Shown here piece by piece: positions 35,898 through 44,296 of a stretch of DNA of 64,000 nucleotides (position 1 is its first letter; every line of letters starts with the position of its first letter). The notes beneath the pieces were generated by a model, which saw only the letters and a program-made list of their open reading frames with translations, was not told the origin of the DNA and made no database searches. The stretch is from Bacteroidales bacterium (GTDB lineage Bacteria > Bacteroidota > Bacteroidia > Bacteroidales > UBA12481), in the NCBI GenBank assembly GCA_041658425.1, contig JBBAAF010000002.1, positions 57,156-121,155 of the forward strand, written 5' to 3'. The position numbers and the translations under genes were made by a program.

Positions 35898-38057
35898 ATG
35901 AAAAACAACAGGTGTCTTCTGTTTCCCAAGACAATGATTGGTGCAATTATTCTTGTTCTTGCCGTGCAGTGCCAAACTCCTGTACAATCCCCGAAAATCA
36001 CCCAGGCTGTTTCTCCTCAGCAGAAGAACCGGGACGCCCGGTCTTTTTTCCCGAAAGCCGATCTGATGAAAATCGGGGCATTTTACTATCCGGAGCAATG
36101 GCCCCGGGAGCAGTGGGCCCGCGATTTCAATAATATGGCGGGATATGGATTTGAATTCACACACCTCGCCGAATTTGCATGGACTTTTCTGGAGCCGGAA
36201 GAAGGGGTTTACGAGTTTAAGTGGCTGGACGAGGCTATCGACCTGGCGTTTAAAGCAGGTCTCAAGATCATATTGTGTACTCCTTCGCTCGCCCCTCCGG
36301 CTTGGATGGGGGAAAAATATCCGGAAATTTACCTGGTCGGATCAAATGGCCGGCGCAAGGAACACGGGATACGCGCAAATGCTTCATTATCCAATCCCCG
36401 GTATCAGGAATTCGTTGATAAAATCGTCTCGGCCTTAGCAGAGGGCTATGGCAAAGATCCCCGGATATGGGGCTGGCAACTTGATAATGAACCGCTTGCA
36501 ACACCCGACTACAGCCCTTCCGCACGGGCAGCATTCCAACGATGGCTTAAAGAGCGTTATAGCACGATCGATAAACTGAATGCCGTTTGGGTTGGAAGTT
36601 TCTGGAGTACCCGCTACGACAATTTTGAACAGGTTTTGATACCCAACGAAGCCATGAATGAGGAAGACAAACTCAGCCCTCACTCTTTGCTCGATTTCCA
36701 GCGATTCACGGCAGATATTACCGCCGGGTTTCTGAACCATCAGGCAGATATTCTCAGGAACCATATACTTCCGGAACAATGGGTCACCACAAATTTTATC
36801 AACGTCAGCACTTCTTCTGATCCTCGACTGTCGGATCATCTGGATTTTCCAACGTTTACGATGTATCCGGTAAGCGGGAAAAATGAATTGGGCGGTAATA
36901 ATTTCCGGACCGGTATCCCCTTCCGGATTTACGAAGCCTGCGATTATTATCGGCCGATCGCCGGAATAACTGGATTGATGGAACTTCAACCCGGCCAGGT
37001 CAACTGGGGTTCGGTAAATCCCCAGCTCCTTCCGGGTACGGTCCACATGTGGATCATGGAGGCATTCGGCGGAGGTTGTTCGTTCCTGTGCACTTACCGC
37101 TACCGGCATCCGATCCGGGGCAGCGAAATGTACCATGAGGGTATTGTAGGAACCGACGGAGTGACGCTTTCGCAAGGAGGCCGTGAATTTGTTCAGGCCA
37201 TCCAGGAAATAAAACAACTTCGCACCGGGTATGATCCGGCAGCACCCATCCCGGAGATCCTGGCCAAACGCAGAACCGCTCTGCTCTGGAGCCATGAGGT
37301 GATGTGGGATCTGGATATTCAAAAACAGTCCGTCATGTGGAACACCTGGAGACACCGGAATAATTATACGCTGGCAGTCAAATCTGCAGGGGCACCGATG
37401 GATTTCATCTCTGAAAAAGATGATTTTGATGCCTATCCATTTCTGATCGCACCTGCTTATCAACTGGTTGACAGCGTATTGGTCCGGAAATGGAAAACCT
37501 ACGCAGAAAATGGGGGACATCTGATCTTAACCTGCCGGACCGGACAAAAAGATAAGAACGGTCACTTTTTCGAGGCAGGCTGGGCTGCTCCTATCAGGCC
37601 TCTAATTGGCGCCGATCTTGATTTTTTTGATATGCTGGTGCCGGATATGTATGGTACGGTAAAGTCAAACAACATTAATTATCAGTGGAACACATGGGGT
37701 GAAGTACTGACTCCTCACAACGGCACTGAAGTTCTGGCAACCTACGCTGACCAGTATTATGCGGGAAAAGCAGCGGCAGTTACCCGCCGCCTGGGCAAGG
37801 GATCAGTCACTTTTATCGGTGTTGCCTCCAAAGACGGTTTGCTGGAACGTCAGCTTGTACGGGATGTATATGAAAGGGCGGGCGTCATGATTGAAGATCT
37901 TCCAAAAGGTGTTTTCATGGAATGGCGGGATGGATTTTTTGTTGCTGTAAACTATACCGATCAGGATTTCCGGATTCCAGTTCCGGCTAACGGGCATATC
38001 CTCGTGGGAAGCAATCCGCTAAAAACTGCACAGGCAATCGTGTGGACATTGAAATAA
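35898..38057 (+). CDS. Glycoside hydrolase family 42 beta-galactosidase-like, secreted
   Basis: I place the start at the ATG at 35898, because the ORF-track start at 35865 would overlap the upstream gene. Signal peptide present. GH42 N-domain pattern (FYYPEQWPREQW, HLAEFAWTFLEPEEGVYEFKWLDEAIDL, WQLDNEP). Confidence 0.85.
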   Translation: MKNNRCLLFPKTMIGAIILVLAVQCQTPVQSPKITQAVSPQQKNRDARSFFPKADLMKIGAFYYPEQWPREQWARDFNNMAGYGFEFTHLAEFAWTFLEPEEGVYEFKWLDEAIDLAFKAGLKIILCTPSLAPPAWMGEKYPEIYLVGSNGRRKEHGIRANASLSNPRYQEFVDKIVSALAEGYGKDPRIWGWQLDNEPLATPDYSPSARAAFQRWLKERYSTIDKLNAVWVGSFWSTRYDNFEQVLIPNEAMNEEDKLSPHSLLDFQRFTADITAGFLNHQADILRNHILPEQWVTTNFINVSTSSDPRLSDHLDFPTFTMYPVSGKNELGGNNFRTGIPFRIYEACDYYRPIAGITGLMELQPGQVNWGSVNPQLLPGTVHMWIMEAFGGGCSFLCTYRYRHPIRGSEMYHEGIVGTDGVTLSQGGREFVQAIQEIKQLRTGYDPAAPIPEILAKRRTALLWSHEVMWDLDIQKQSVMWNTWRHRNNYTLAVKSAGAPMDFISEKDDFDAYPFLIAPAYQLVDSVLVRKWKTYAENGGHLILTCRTGQKDKNGHFFEAGWAAPIRPLIGADLDFFDMLVPDMYGTVKSNNINYQWNTWGEVLTPHNGTEVLATYADQYYAGKAAAVTRRLGKGSVTFIGVASKDGLLERQLVRDVYERAGVMIEDLPKGVFMEWRDGFFVAVNYTDQDFRIPVPANGHILVGSNPLKTAQAIVWTLK

Positions 38058-38205
38058 CATTGCAGTAGAGGATCTCTGACCGGAGTTGCTGACAGTACTT
38101 CTACCCTTCCGGGCGGTGAAAATATGAAATGTCTTTGTCAGGTTAATCCTGGTTGCGCAATCACTGCACTTTCATGGGTCTGACAGGAAAAATGCTTCAA
38201 ACACT

Positions 38206-40596
38206 ATGAAACAAAATCGACGCATCAAAGAATTTAGAAAGTGGACCATGTTCTTAAGAGTCATTTATCCATTGCTTCTTTTGTTTATGCCAGCAGCAAA
38301 CTCCGGCATTAAAGCCCAAAACAAGGATGAACTTGACATTTCAAACTATTGCTCGGAAATTATTGTAAATGGTAACATAAAGGTCTCACTGTACACACAT
38401 ACCATGTTCAGGGTTCGCACATCTGAACTTAAAGGGGAAAAATTCCCTCCAAAATATGAAATCCCATTCCTGATCGGCAAACTTAGCAACTGGAAACCTG
38501 TATCATTTTCACAAAAGGAGGATAACGAATATCACTACATTGAAACCGACAGATTACAGATCAGGATATCGAAGCGTGACTGGTCATGGACGGTATGGAC
38601 ACCCGGAGGAGGAAAACAGATCTACCCGTCGGCAGGGAAAATTTATGGCATGTTTAAGGACGGCTATTCGGTTTTCGACAATGCCAGTGCATTTGATGAA
38701 AGGAACAAGAACAGCCGTTTTTCCCATTGGTTTTATAATCCCGCAACACAAAAGTATACTGATATTTACCTGTTCGAGGATTTGATATTTGATAAGTATT
38801 TTATCTATGGACCTGATTATCCCTCATTATTCAGTCAGTTTAACGAGCTTGTAGGACCTGAACCGATGCTCCCGATTAAAGGCTATGGATTCTTTCAGAC
38901 ACAGCATATTGGATGTTCGGGAAACCAGGAGAAATTGCTGGAACTCGCCCGTAAATTAAGAGAAAGAGATATTCCGTGTGACAACCTGATCATCGATTTT
39001 GAATGGGGTGACGGATGTCCAGGTGAGGATGAAAAATACTGGGGACAATCCCTGGATTGGTCTCCTGCCTATAGTAACCCTCTGACACCGAAACAGATGA
39101 TCGCCAAACTGGATTCCATGCATTTCAATGTCATGCTGATCCATCACAGTGCCCCGGATTTTTCTAACCGCGAGCTGGATACCCGCAGAAGGCCGGGTGA
39201 CTGGACCTCCAAGGTTTATCCGGAAAATGTGTGGTGGGAAAAATACCGGGAGAAGCTGGATATAGGCGTAAGCGGCACCTGGCAGGATACCCGCCAGAAT
39301 GATTTGACCGACGGATTGATCTGGTCGTGGACACAGAATTATATCGGACCTGAAAAAAGGGTCCTTTTTCTGGGCTGCAGGAAAATGATGGATTTGAATC
39401 CCTTTGAGCTGGAGCGTGACAATACCATTCCCGCCAATGACCTGATCGGTTCCCGGCGCTATCCCTTCAGATGGACAGAGGATGTGAGCAATACCTACCG
39501 CGAACTGAAATGGCACGTAAACGGCATCACAAATACCCATGGTTCGATGAAAGGCGTGAATTATATTACTGCCGATTGTTTTGGAAAGAACTGGAAGGTA
39601 CAGGCACGATGGAACCAGTTTATTGATTTCAACTCAGTTTCACGCTCTCACACATCCAAACCCTGGGAAATAATTACCGATTTCGGGGCGTTGGCAGAAA
39701 TTATGAATTTCAGGAAGAATGAGGTTCAGGAATCCCCTTCACTAGAGAAAACAGATCCTCTTCAAAACAATAAAGAGGTATTGGCAAAAACCGGACAAAC
39801 AGCAGAACCCAGTGTACGTATCCATCGAAAGCTCAGATACCGGCTTATCCCATACCTCTATTCAACAGCTTTTGTGAACTACCTGACCGGTTATCCGATC
39901 AGCCGGCCATTGCTTCTGGCATTTCCTAATGATCTGCACTGCAACAAAGATCAATGGCCTTTGCAATATATGTTTGGAGAGAATTTCCTGGTTGTCCCTG
40001 TTTATGCTGATTTCAACAGCATGGAAATTTATCTGCCCGAAGGATCAACATGGATTGACTATTGGGACAAAGCCGTATATAAAGGAGGACAGGTGATCGA
40101 TTATAATACTTCCGATATTGAGAAGCTTCCTTTGTTTGTCAGGTCCGGTTCAATCATACCTATGCGTAAAGAACAGAACTGGCTTGACACTGGAGAGATC
40201 TGGGATCCGCTGACGCTCGATATTTATCCCGACAGCACTTCTTCCTTTATATTGTATGAAGATGACAAGCGCACCACCTATTACCAAAAAGGGGAATTCA
40301 GCAAAACTACAATTTCTTGCCAGGCAGATCCTTCAGGAACAGAAATCAAAATCGGAGAGGCTGCAGGTGATTACAAAGGAAAACCTGAAAGCCGCAAAAT
40401 AGTTCTCCAGGTTAACCTGGTAGACAAGACTCCGGCCCAGGTGCAGGGAAATAAATGTAATATGGTAAAATGCAATAATTTGGATGGTATCAACGAAGCT
40501 AAATGCGGTTGGTTGTATGATAAGGAGACTAGGAGAGTATTAATAATAGTTGAAACAAAGACTTCTGAAAGTACTATCATTCAAATAATTAAATGA
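38206..40596 (+). CDS. Distant glycoside hydrolase family 31-like enzyme, secreted
   Basis: 796-aa ORF with a signal peptide. GH31-like landmarks (PIKGYGFFQTQ, IPCDNLIIDFEW, GTWQD, RRYPFRWTED, LPLFVRSGSIIPM), but the signature positions diverge (WQDTRQ rather than W.DMNE; ADCFG rather than DIGGF). Confidence 0.6.
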   Translation: MKQNRRIKEFRKWTMFLRVIYPLLLLFMPAANSGIKAQNKDELDISNYCSEIIVNGNIKVSLYTHTMFRVRTSELKGEKFPPKYEIPFLIGKLSNWKPVSFSQKEDNEYHYIETDRLQIRISKRDWSWTVWTPGGGKQIYPSAGKIYGMFKDGYSVFDNASAFDERNKNSRFSHWFYNPATQKYTDIYLFEDLIFDKYFIYGPDYPSLFSQFNELVGPEPMLPIKGYGFFQTQHIGCSGNQEKLLELARKLRERDIPCDNLIIDFEWGDGCPGEDEKYWGQSLDWSPAYSNPLTPKQMIAKLDSMHFNVMLIHHSAPDFSNRELDTRRRPGDWTSKVYPENVWWEKYREKLDIGVSGTWQDTRQNDLTDGLIWSWTQNYIGPEKRVLFLGCRKMMDLNPFELERDNTIPANDLIGSRRYPFRWTEDVSNTYRELKWHVNGITNTHGSMKGVNYITADCFGKNWKVQARWNQFIDFNSVSRSHTSKPWEIITDFGALAEIMNFRKNEVQESPSLEKTDPLQNNKEVLAKTGQTAEPSVRIHRKLRYRLIPYLYSTAFVNYLTGYPISRPLLLAFPNDLHCNKDQWPLQYMFGENFLVVPVYADFNSMEIYLPEGSTWIDYWDKAVYKGGQVIDYNTSDIEKLPLFVRSGSIIPMRKEQNWLDTGEIWDPLTLDIYPDSTSSFILYEDDKRTTYYQKGEFSKTTISCQADPSGTEIKIGEAAGDYKGKPESRKIVLQVNLVDKTPAQVQGNKCNMVKCNNLDGINEAKCGWLYDKETRRVLIIVETKTSESTIIQIIK

Positions 40597-40686
40597 TGGG
40601 GAATTGGAAACTTGAATAGGGAAAAAAATTAAAGGACTTAAGTCCTTCAAAACGATTTTAAATCAACCATAATGAAAAAAAGATAA

Positions 40687-41769
40687 ATGAAAAATATACA
40701 CCGAAGATCCTTTCTAAAGTCAGGTGCGTTATCATTATCCGGACTCATGCTCCCAGGTACCGTTCTGACATTTTGCAAAGAAGGATCTTTAATTAAGGAT
40801 TTTAAGAAGAGGTTTAAAGACAAAACATTGGGTTGTTTCATGGGTGCGGCCATTGGAGACTCAATGGGCGGACCTGTAGAATGCCAGCATTACCTGAGGA
40901 TCAGAAAATATGCCGGCAATTTTAATGATCTTCTGCCATTTGGAAAACCAATTTCTTTTTTTGATCCCCCCGGAAATGGATGGGCTCAACGAAGGGACCC
41001 CGGAACTATTACCGACGATACATATATCAGGATTGATTTGCTGAACTTCTTCCTCCATGTTAACCCACCTTATTCTGCCGAGAAACTGGTAGAATATCTC
41101 CTTGAAAATTCTGATTTTTCGGGATGGTGGGAACCACCTAAGAACCAATTGAATCGGATTAAAAATGGTGAATTCCCAGCGAAAAATGCCCGGCAGTTTA
41201 TGGATATCCTTTCAGCAGTTGTTGCTGGTCAATCGGCTGCCTTCAAAAATGATGCATCAATCGATTCAGTTGTTAAAACTGTCCTAGATAATTCCGGTGA
41301 TAAGACTAGAAAATTGTTTGAGCGGGCCATCAACATAGGGCTTGACTCGCAATCGGCCGATAAACTCTACGATAACCTTTATGCACACGCTTCTGTTGCT
41401 AATTCGACACATACTGGTGAATATAACAGGCCTGAAGGCCCTCTCCCACCCGTGGAAGATATCAAATATAGTGAAAATGAATGCTCTTCAATAGCATTTG
41501 CTGAGCAGCAGCCATGGGCGCTTGCTTACCTTGTATTTGGCAATGGGGATCCGGAAAAAACGCTCCTCACAGCTGTCAAAGGAGGAAGAGACGCCGACAG
41601 TATTGCTACAAATACAGCTTCCTGGCTTGGTGCTTTATATGGATTATCAGTATGGCCTGAGAAATGGATCTCTGCTGTACTGAGATCGAATCTTGTGGAT
41701 TTCGATTTAATGAAACTTGGCGATAAGCTGGCTGAAAAAGCTCTGCGACAGGGATTTGTTCAACTTTAG
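40687..41769 (+). CDS. Tat-exported ADP-ribosylglycohydrolase (ARH/DraG)-fold protein
   Basis: 360-aa ORF with the twin-arginine motif HRRSFLK (nt 40699-40719). ARH N-terminal metal-site block (GCFMGAAIGDSMGGPVE) and C-terminal block (GGRDADSIATNTASWLGALYG). Confidence 0.8.
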   Translation: MKNIHRRSFLKSGALSLSGLMLPGTVLTFCKEGSLIKDFKKRFKDKTLGCFMGAAIGDSMGGPVECQHYLRIRKYAGNFNDLLPFGKPISFFDPPGNGWAQRRDPGTITDDTYIRIDLLNFFLHVNPPYSAEKLVEYLLENSDFSGWWEPPKNQLNRIKNGEFPAKNARQFMDILSAVVAGQSAAFKNDASIDSVVKTVLDNSGDKTRKLFERAINIGLDSQSADKLYDNLYAHASVANSTHTGEYNRPEGPLPPVEDIKYSENECSSIAFAEQQPWALAYLVFGNGDPEKTLLTAVKGGRDADSIATNTASWLGALYGLSVWPEKWISAVLRSNLVDFDLMKLGDKLAEKALRQGFVQL

Positions 41770-41824
41770 ACTTGAATTTATAATATTATTCTATTGAAAC
41801 ATTAATCATTTAAACCTCATCATT

Positions 41825-44140
41825 ATGAAATCAAAGAAATTGATAAGTGTTATACTTCTGTTAATATGCATTGCATATTCTCATGGTACTTATTCCCAGT
41901 CCTCAAATGAAAAGTTAACAGGAAAGACACTCGTGGCTGAAATGAGATCGTATAATGGCAGGACAACTTTGTTTATTAACGGGCAACCGCACGATGGAAT
42001 TTTCTGTTCAACACTAGCCAGCAATAAGCAGGAATTCATAGAAGCTGGATTTGATGTATTTAATATTATAGATGGAGGTAATCCGTGGGTTTCTGATAGT
42101 CTCTACGATTTCCAGGAAACTGATGAATATAACCTGGATAATATAATTGACAATTTCCTTCAGGAGAAACCTGACGCAAAGATCATTGTAAGGCTTTCAT
42201 ATGGGTATCCAAGAAACTTTTGGTGGGCTGTTGAGCATAAAGACCAGCAAGCAGTACCACATTGGAGAGATTTGGGCCGTAAAATGCCATCCTATGCATC
42301 CCTTAAATGGCGAGAAGAAGCCGGTAAGGCGTTGGAGATCACGGTCAGGCATCTGGAGGAGAAGTTTGGCAACAACATTATTGGATATCTTCCGGGAAAC
42401 GGAAGCTGTGGGGAGAATTTTGAACAGTATGCCTTTACTGAAATTGGCGATCGTTTTATTAATGGATATCAGATGGGTGATTACAGTGAACCCATGCAGC
42501 AGGCATATCGTGAGTATGTAAAAGATAAATACAAAACGATTCAGGCTGTTAACGATGTTTATCGATTAAACCTGCAGTCATTCAGTGAATTGAAGATACC
42601 GGAACCTGACCGGAGGCTGAATGCCACATTTGGGATCCTCAGGTCAATCAGCAATGAACAGGCTGTTATTGACTACTTTGAGATTTTTAACCGCCAGGTT
42701 TACGAAACAGTGGCTCATTTTGCAAATAAGATCAAAGAAGCTACCAACCATAATAAACTTGTATTTGTCTTTTACGGATATAACTGGCTTGAACAGCCGA
42801 GGGGTGGAGTAACACAATCGAGAAGCGGTCATGTCAATCTGGAAGAAATGATCTCCTGTCCGGATGTAGACTATATTGCAGCCCCCTACGAGTATTCATT
42901 CCGTCAGCTGGAAGGAGTTGTATCATCACAAGGGGTAGTTGGTAGTGTCATCAGACGGGGGAAGCAATTTCTTCATGAATTGGACGGTTACACATACCTG
43001 GCAAAGTACTGGCTATCGGAGCATCATAATCCAACAACAGCAGCTGAGAGTGTTAATTTATTACGCCGCGACCTTACCAAAGCGCTTATGGATGGAGCTT
43101 CTGCCTGGTTTATGGATCCTGTCGCCGGAGGCCTGTATAATAGCCCGATGGGTGAAGAGCTGAAAAGAACCCTTGAAATGGGCCGCAAAATATATTTCGA
43201 TGCAGGCGTAGATAATCGCCAGGTGGCTGTTGTTTTACAGTCACGGGATGGCTTTTATTACAGGGAAGGTGAATCACTGCGTTCACCACTTATCCAGCAA
43301 TTCAAACAGTTTGAACTGGAACGCATGGGACTTGGCTACGACGATCTGATGTTGGAAGACCTGAAATATCTCGATCCAAAATCAACTGAACAATATAAAT
43401 TCTGGATTTTCCCAAGCTCAGTCCATTTTGATGATGCACAGCTTGAACTGATTAAAAAGCATTGTATGCGTAACGGGAATCATATACTGTGGGTTTATGC
43501 TCCGGGAGCAGTTTCAGAAAAAGGTATTGATCTCCAACGTATGGAAATGATAACCGGGTTTAAATATGGGTACACCATGGAGCAGGGAGAACTGGCCGTT
43601 AAAACCATCGAGGGAGGACAGGGATATCTTGCCGGAAGGAAATCTCCAATCGTTTATGGAACCTATGGAGAACTTTCACCTGATTTCATTAATTATTATT
43701 CTTCTCTTCGTCATTATCCCGGTTCTGATGTCGGATTCAGTGTAAGCCCCAGGTTCTATGTTAAAGAAGCAGATAATATTCTGGGATATATGCCAGATAT
43801 AGCAGATCAGCCTGCCGGATTGGCAGTAAAAAACATGGGTAACTGGGTCTCAGTCTATAGTGCTGCACCTCTTGTCCCCAAAATCATTTTAAGAAATATT
43901 GCCAGAGTGGCTGGTTGCCACGTCTATACTGACTTCCTCGGACAAACTTATCAAAGTCAGAACTATGTTGGCTTTTTTGCACATGAAACTGGTATCTGCA
44001 ACTTCAAACTGCCATACCGCTCCAGGATTACTGACGTTTATAATAATAAGGTAATTGCAGAAGATGCTGACTCTTTTAGTATTTATCTCCGGGTCAACGA
44101 TGCCGTATTGTTTAACTACGAACCTGCCATATCAAAATAA
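41825..44140 (+). CDS. Secreted protein of unknown family, tandem paralog A (possibly a TIM-barrel glycosidase-like fold)
   Basis: 771-aa ORF with a signal peptide. I recognise no family motif. Its paralog follows directly downstream. Confidence 0.6.
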   Translation: MKSKKLISVILLLICIAYSHGTYSQSSNEKLTGKTLVAEMRSYNGRTTLFINGQPHDGIFCSTLASNKQEFIEAGFDVFNIIDGGNPWVSDSLYDFQETDEYNLDNIIDNFLQEKPDAKIIVRLSYGYPRNFWWAVEHKDQQAVPHWRDLGRKMPSYASLKWREEAGKALEITVRHLEEKFGNNIIGYLPGNGSCGENFEQYAFTEIGDRFINGYQMGDYSEPMQQAYREYVKDKYKTIQAVNDVYRLNLQSFSELKIPEPDRRLNATFGILRSISNEQAVIDYFEIFNRQVYETVAHFANKIKEATNHNKLVFVFYGYNWLEQPRGGVTQSRSGHVNLEEMISCPDVDYIAAPYEYSFRQLEGVVSSQGVVGSVIRRGKQFLHELDGYTYLAKYWLSEHHNPTTAAESVNLLRRDLTKALMDGASAWFMDPVAGGLYNSPMGEELKRTLEMGRKIYFDAGVDNRQVAVVLQSRDGFYYREGESLRSPLIQQFKQFELERMGLGYDDLMLEDLKYLDPKSTEQYKFWIFPSSVHFDDAQLELIKKHCMRNGNHILWVYAPGAVSEKGIDLQRMEMITGFKYGYTMEQGELAVKTIEGGQGYLAGRKSPIVYGTYGELSPDFINYYSSLRHYPGSDVGFSVSPRFYVKEADNILGYMPDIADQPAGLAVKNMGNWVSVYSAAPLVPKIILRNIARVAGCHVYTDFLGQTYQSQNYVGFFAHETGICNFKLPYRSRITDVYNNKVIAEDADSFSIYLRVNDAVLFNYEPAISK

Positions 44141-44296
44141 TTGTGGAAATGTTATTTGGCAGGTATGATCAGGACATGAAATCGGTTGTGATTACCGCCA
44201 TTGCTGAAAGTTCAAAAGAAACTCAGATAATCCTCAGTAAATAATAGCAGAACTGCTATCAAAAAAATAGATTATATCATTAATTGTCAGAATATT

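Noticed and set aside
36435-37520. 361-aa minus-strand ORF, the longest unexplained ORF in the track
   Set aside because: It lies entirely antisense within the well-supported GH42 gene. Its composition is Arg/Pro/Gly-rich and low in complexity, with no signal peptide, start context or family motif. It is a typical shadow ORF.
38206-40596. Assigning a specific activity (alpha-glucosidase, alpha-xylosidase or sulfoquinovosidase) to the GH31-like protein
   Set aside because: The signature positions around the nucleophile and acid/base are too divergent for me to assign a subfamily by eye, so only a family-level call with reduced confidence is reported.
44244-44259. Inverted repeat ATAGCAG-AA-CTGCTAT between the two paralogs, considered as a terminator
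   Set aside because: A 2-nt loop is sterically unfavourable, and an A tract rather than a T tract follows. I do not call it a terminator; it is mentioned only as a possible dyad site.
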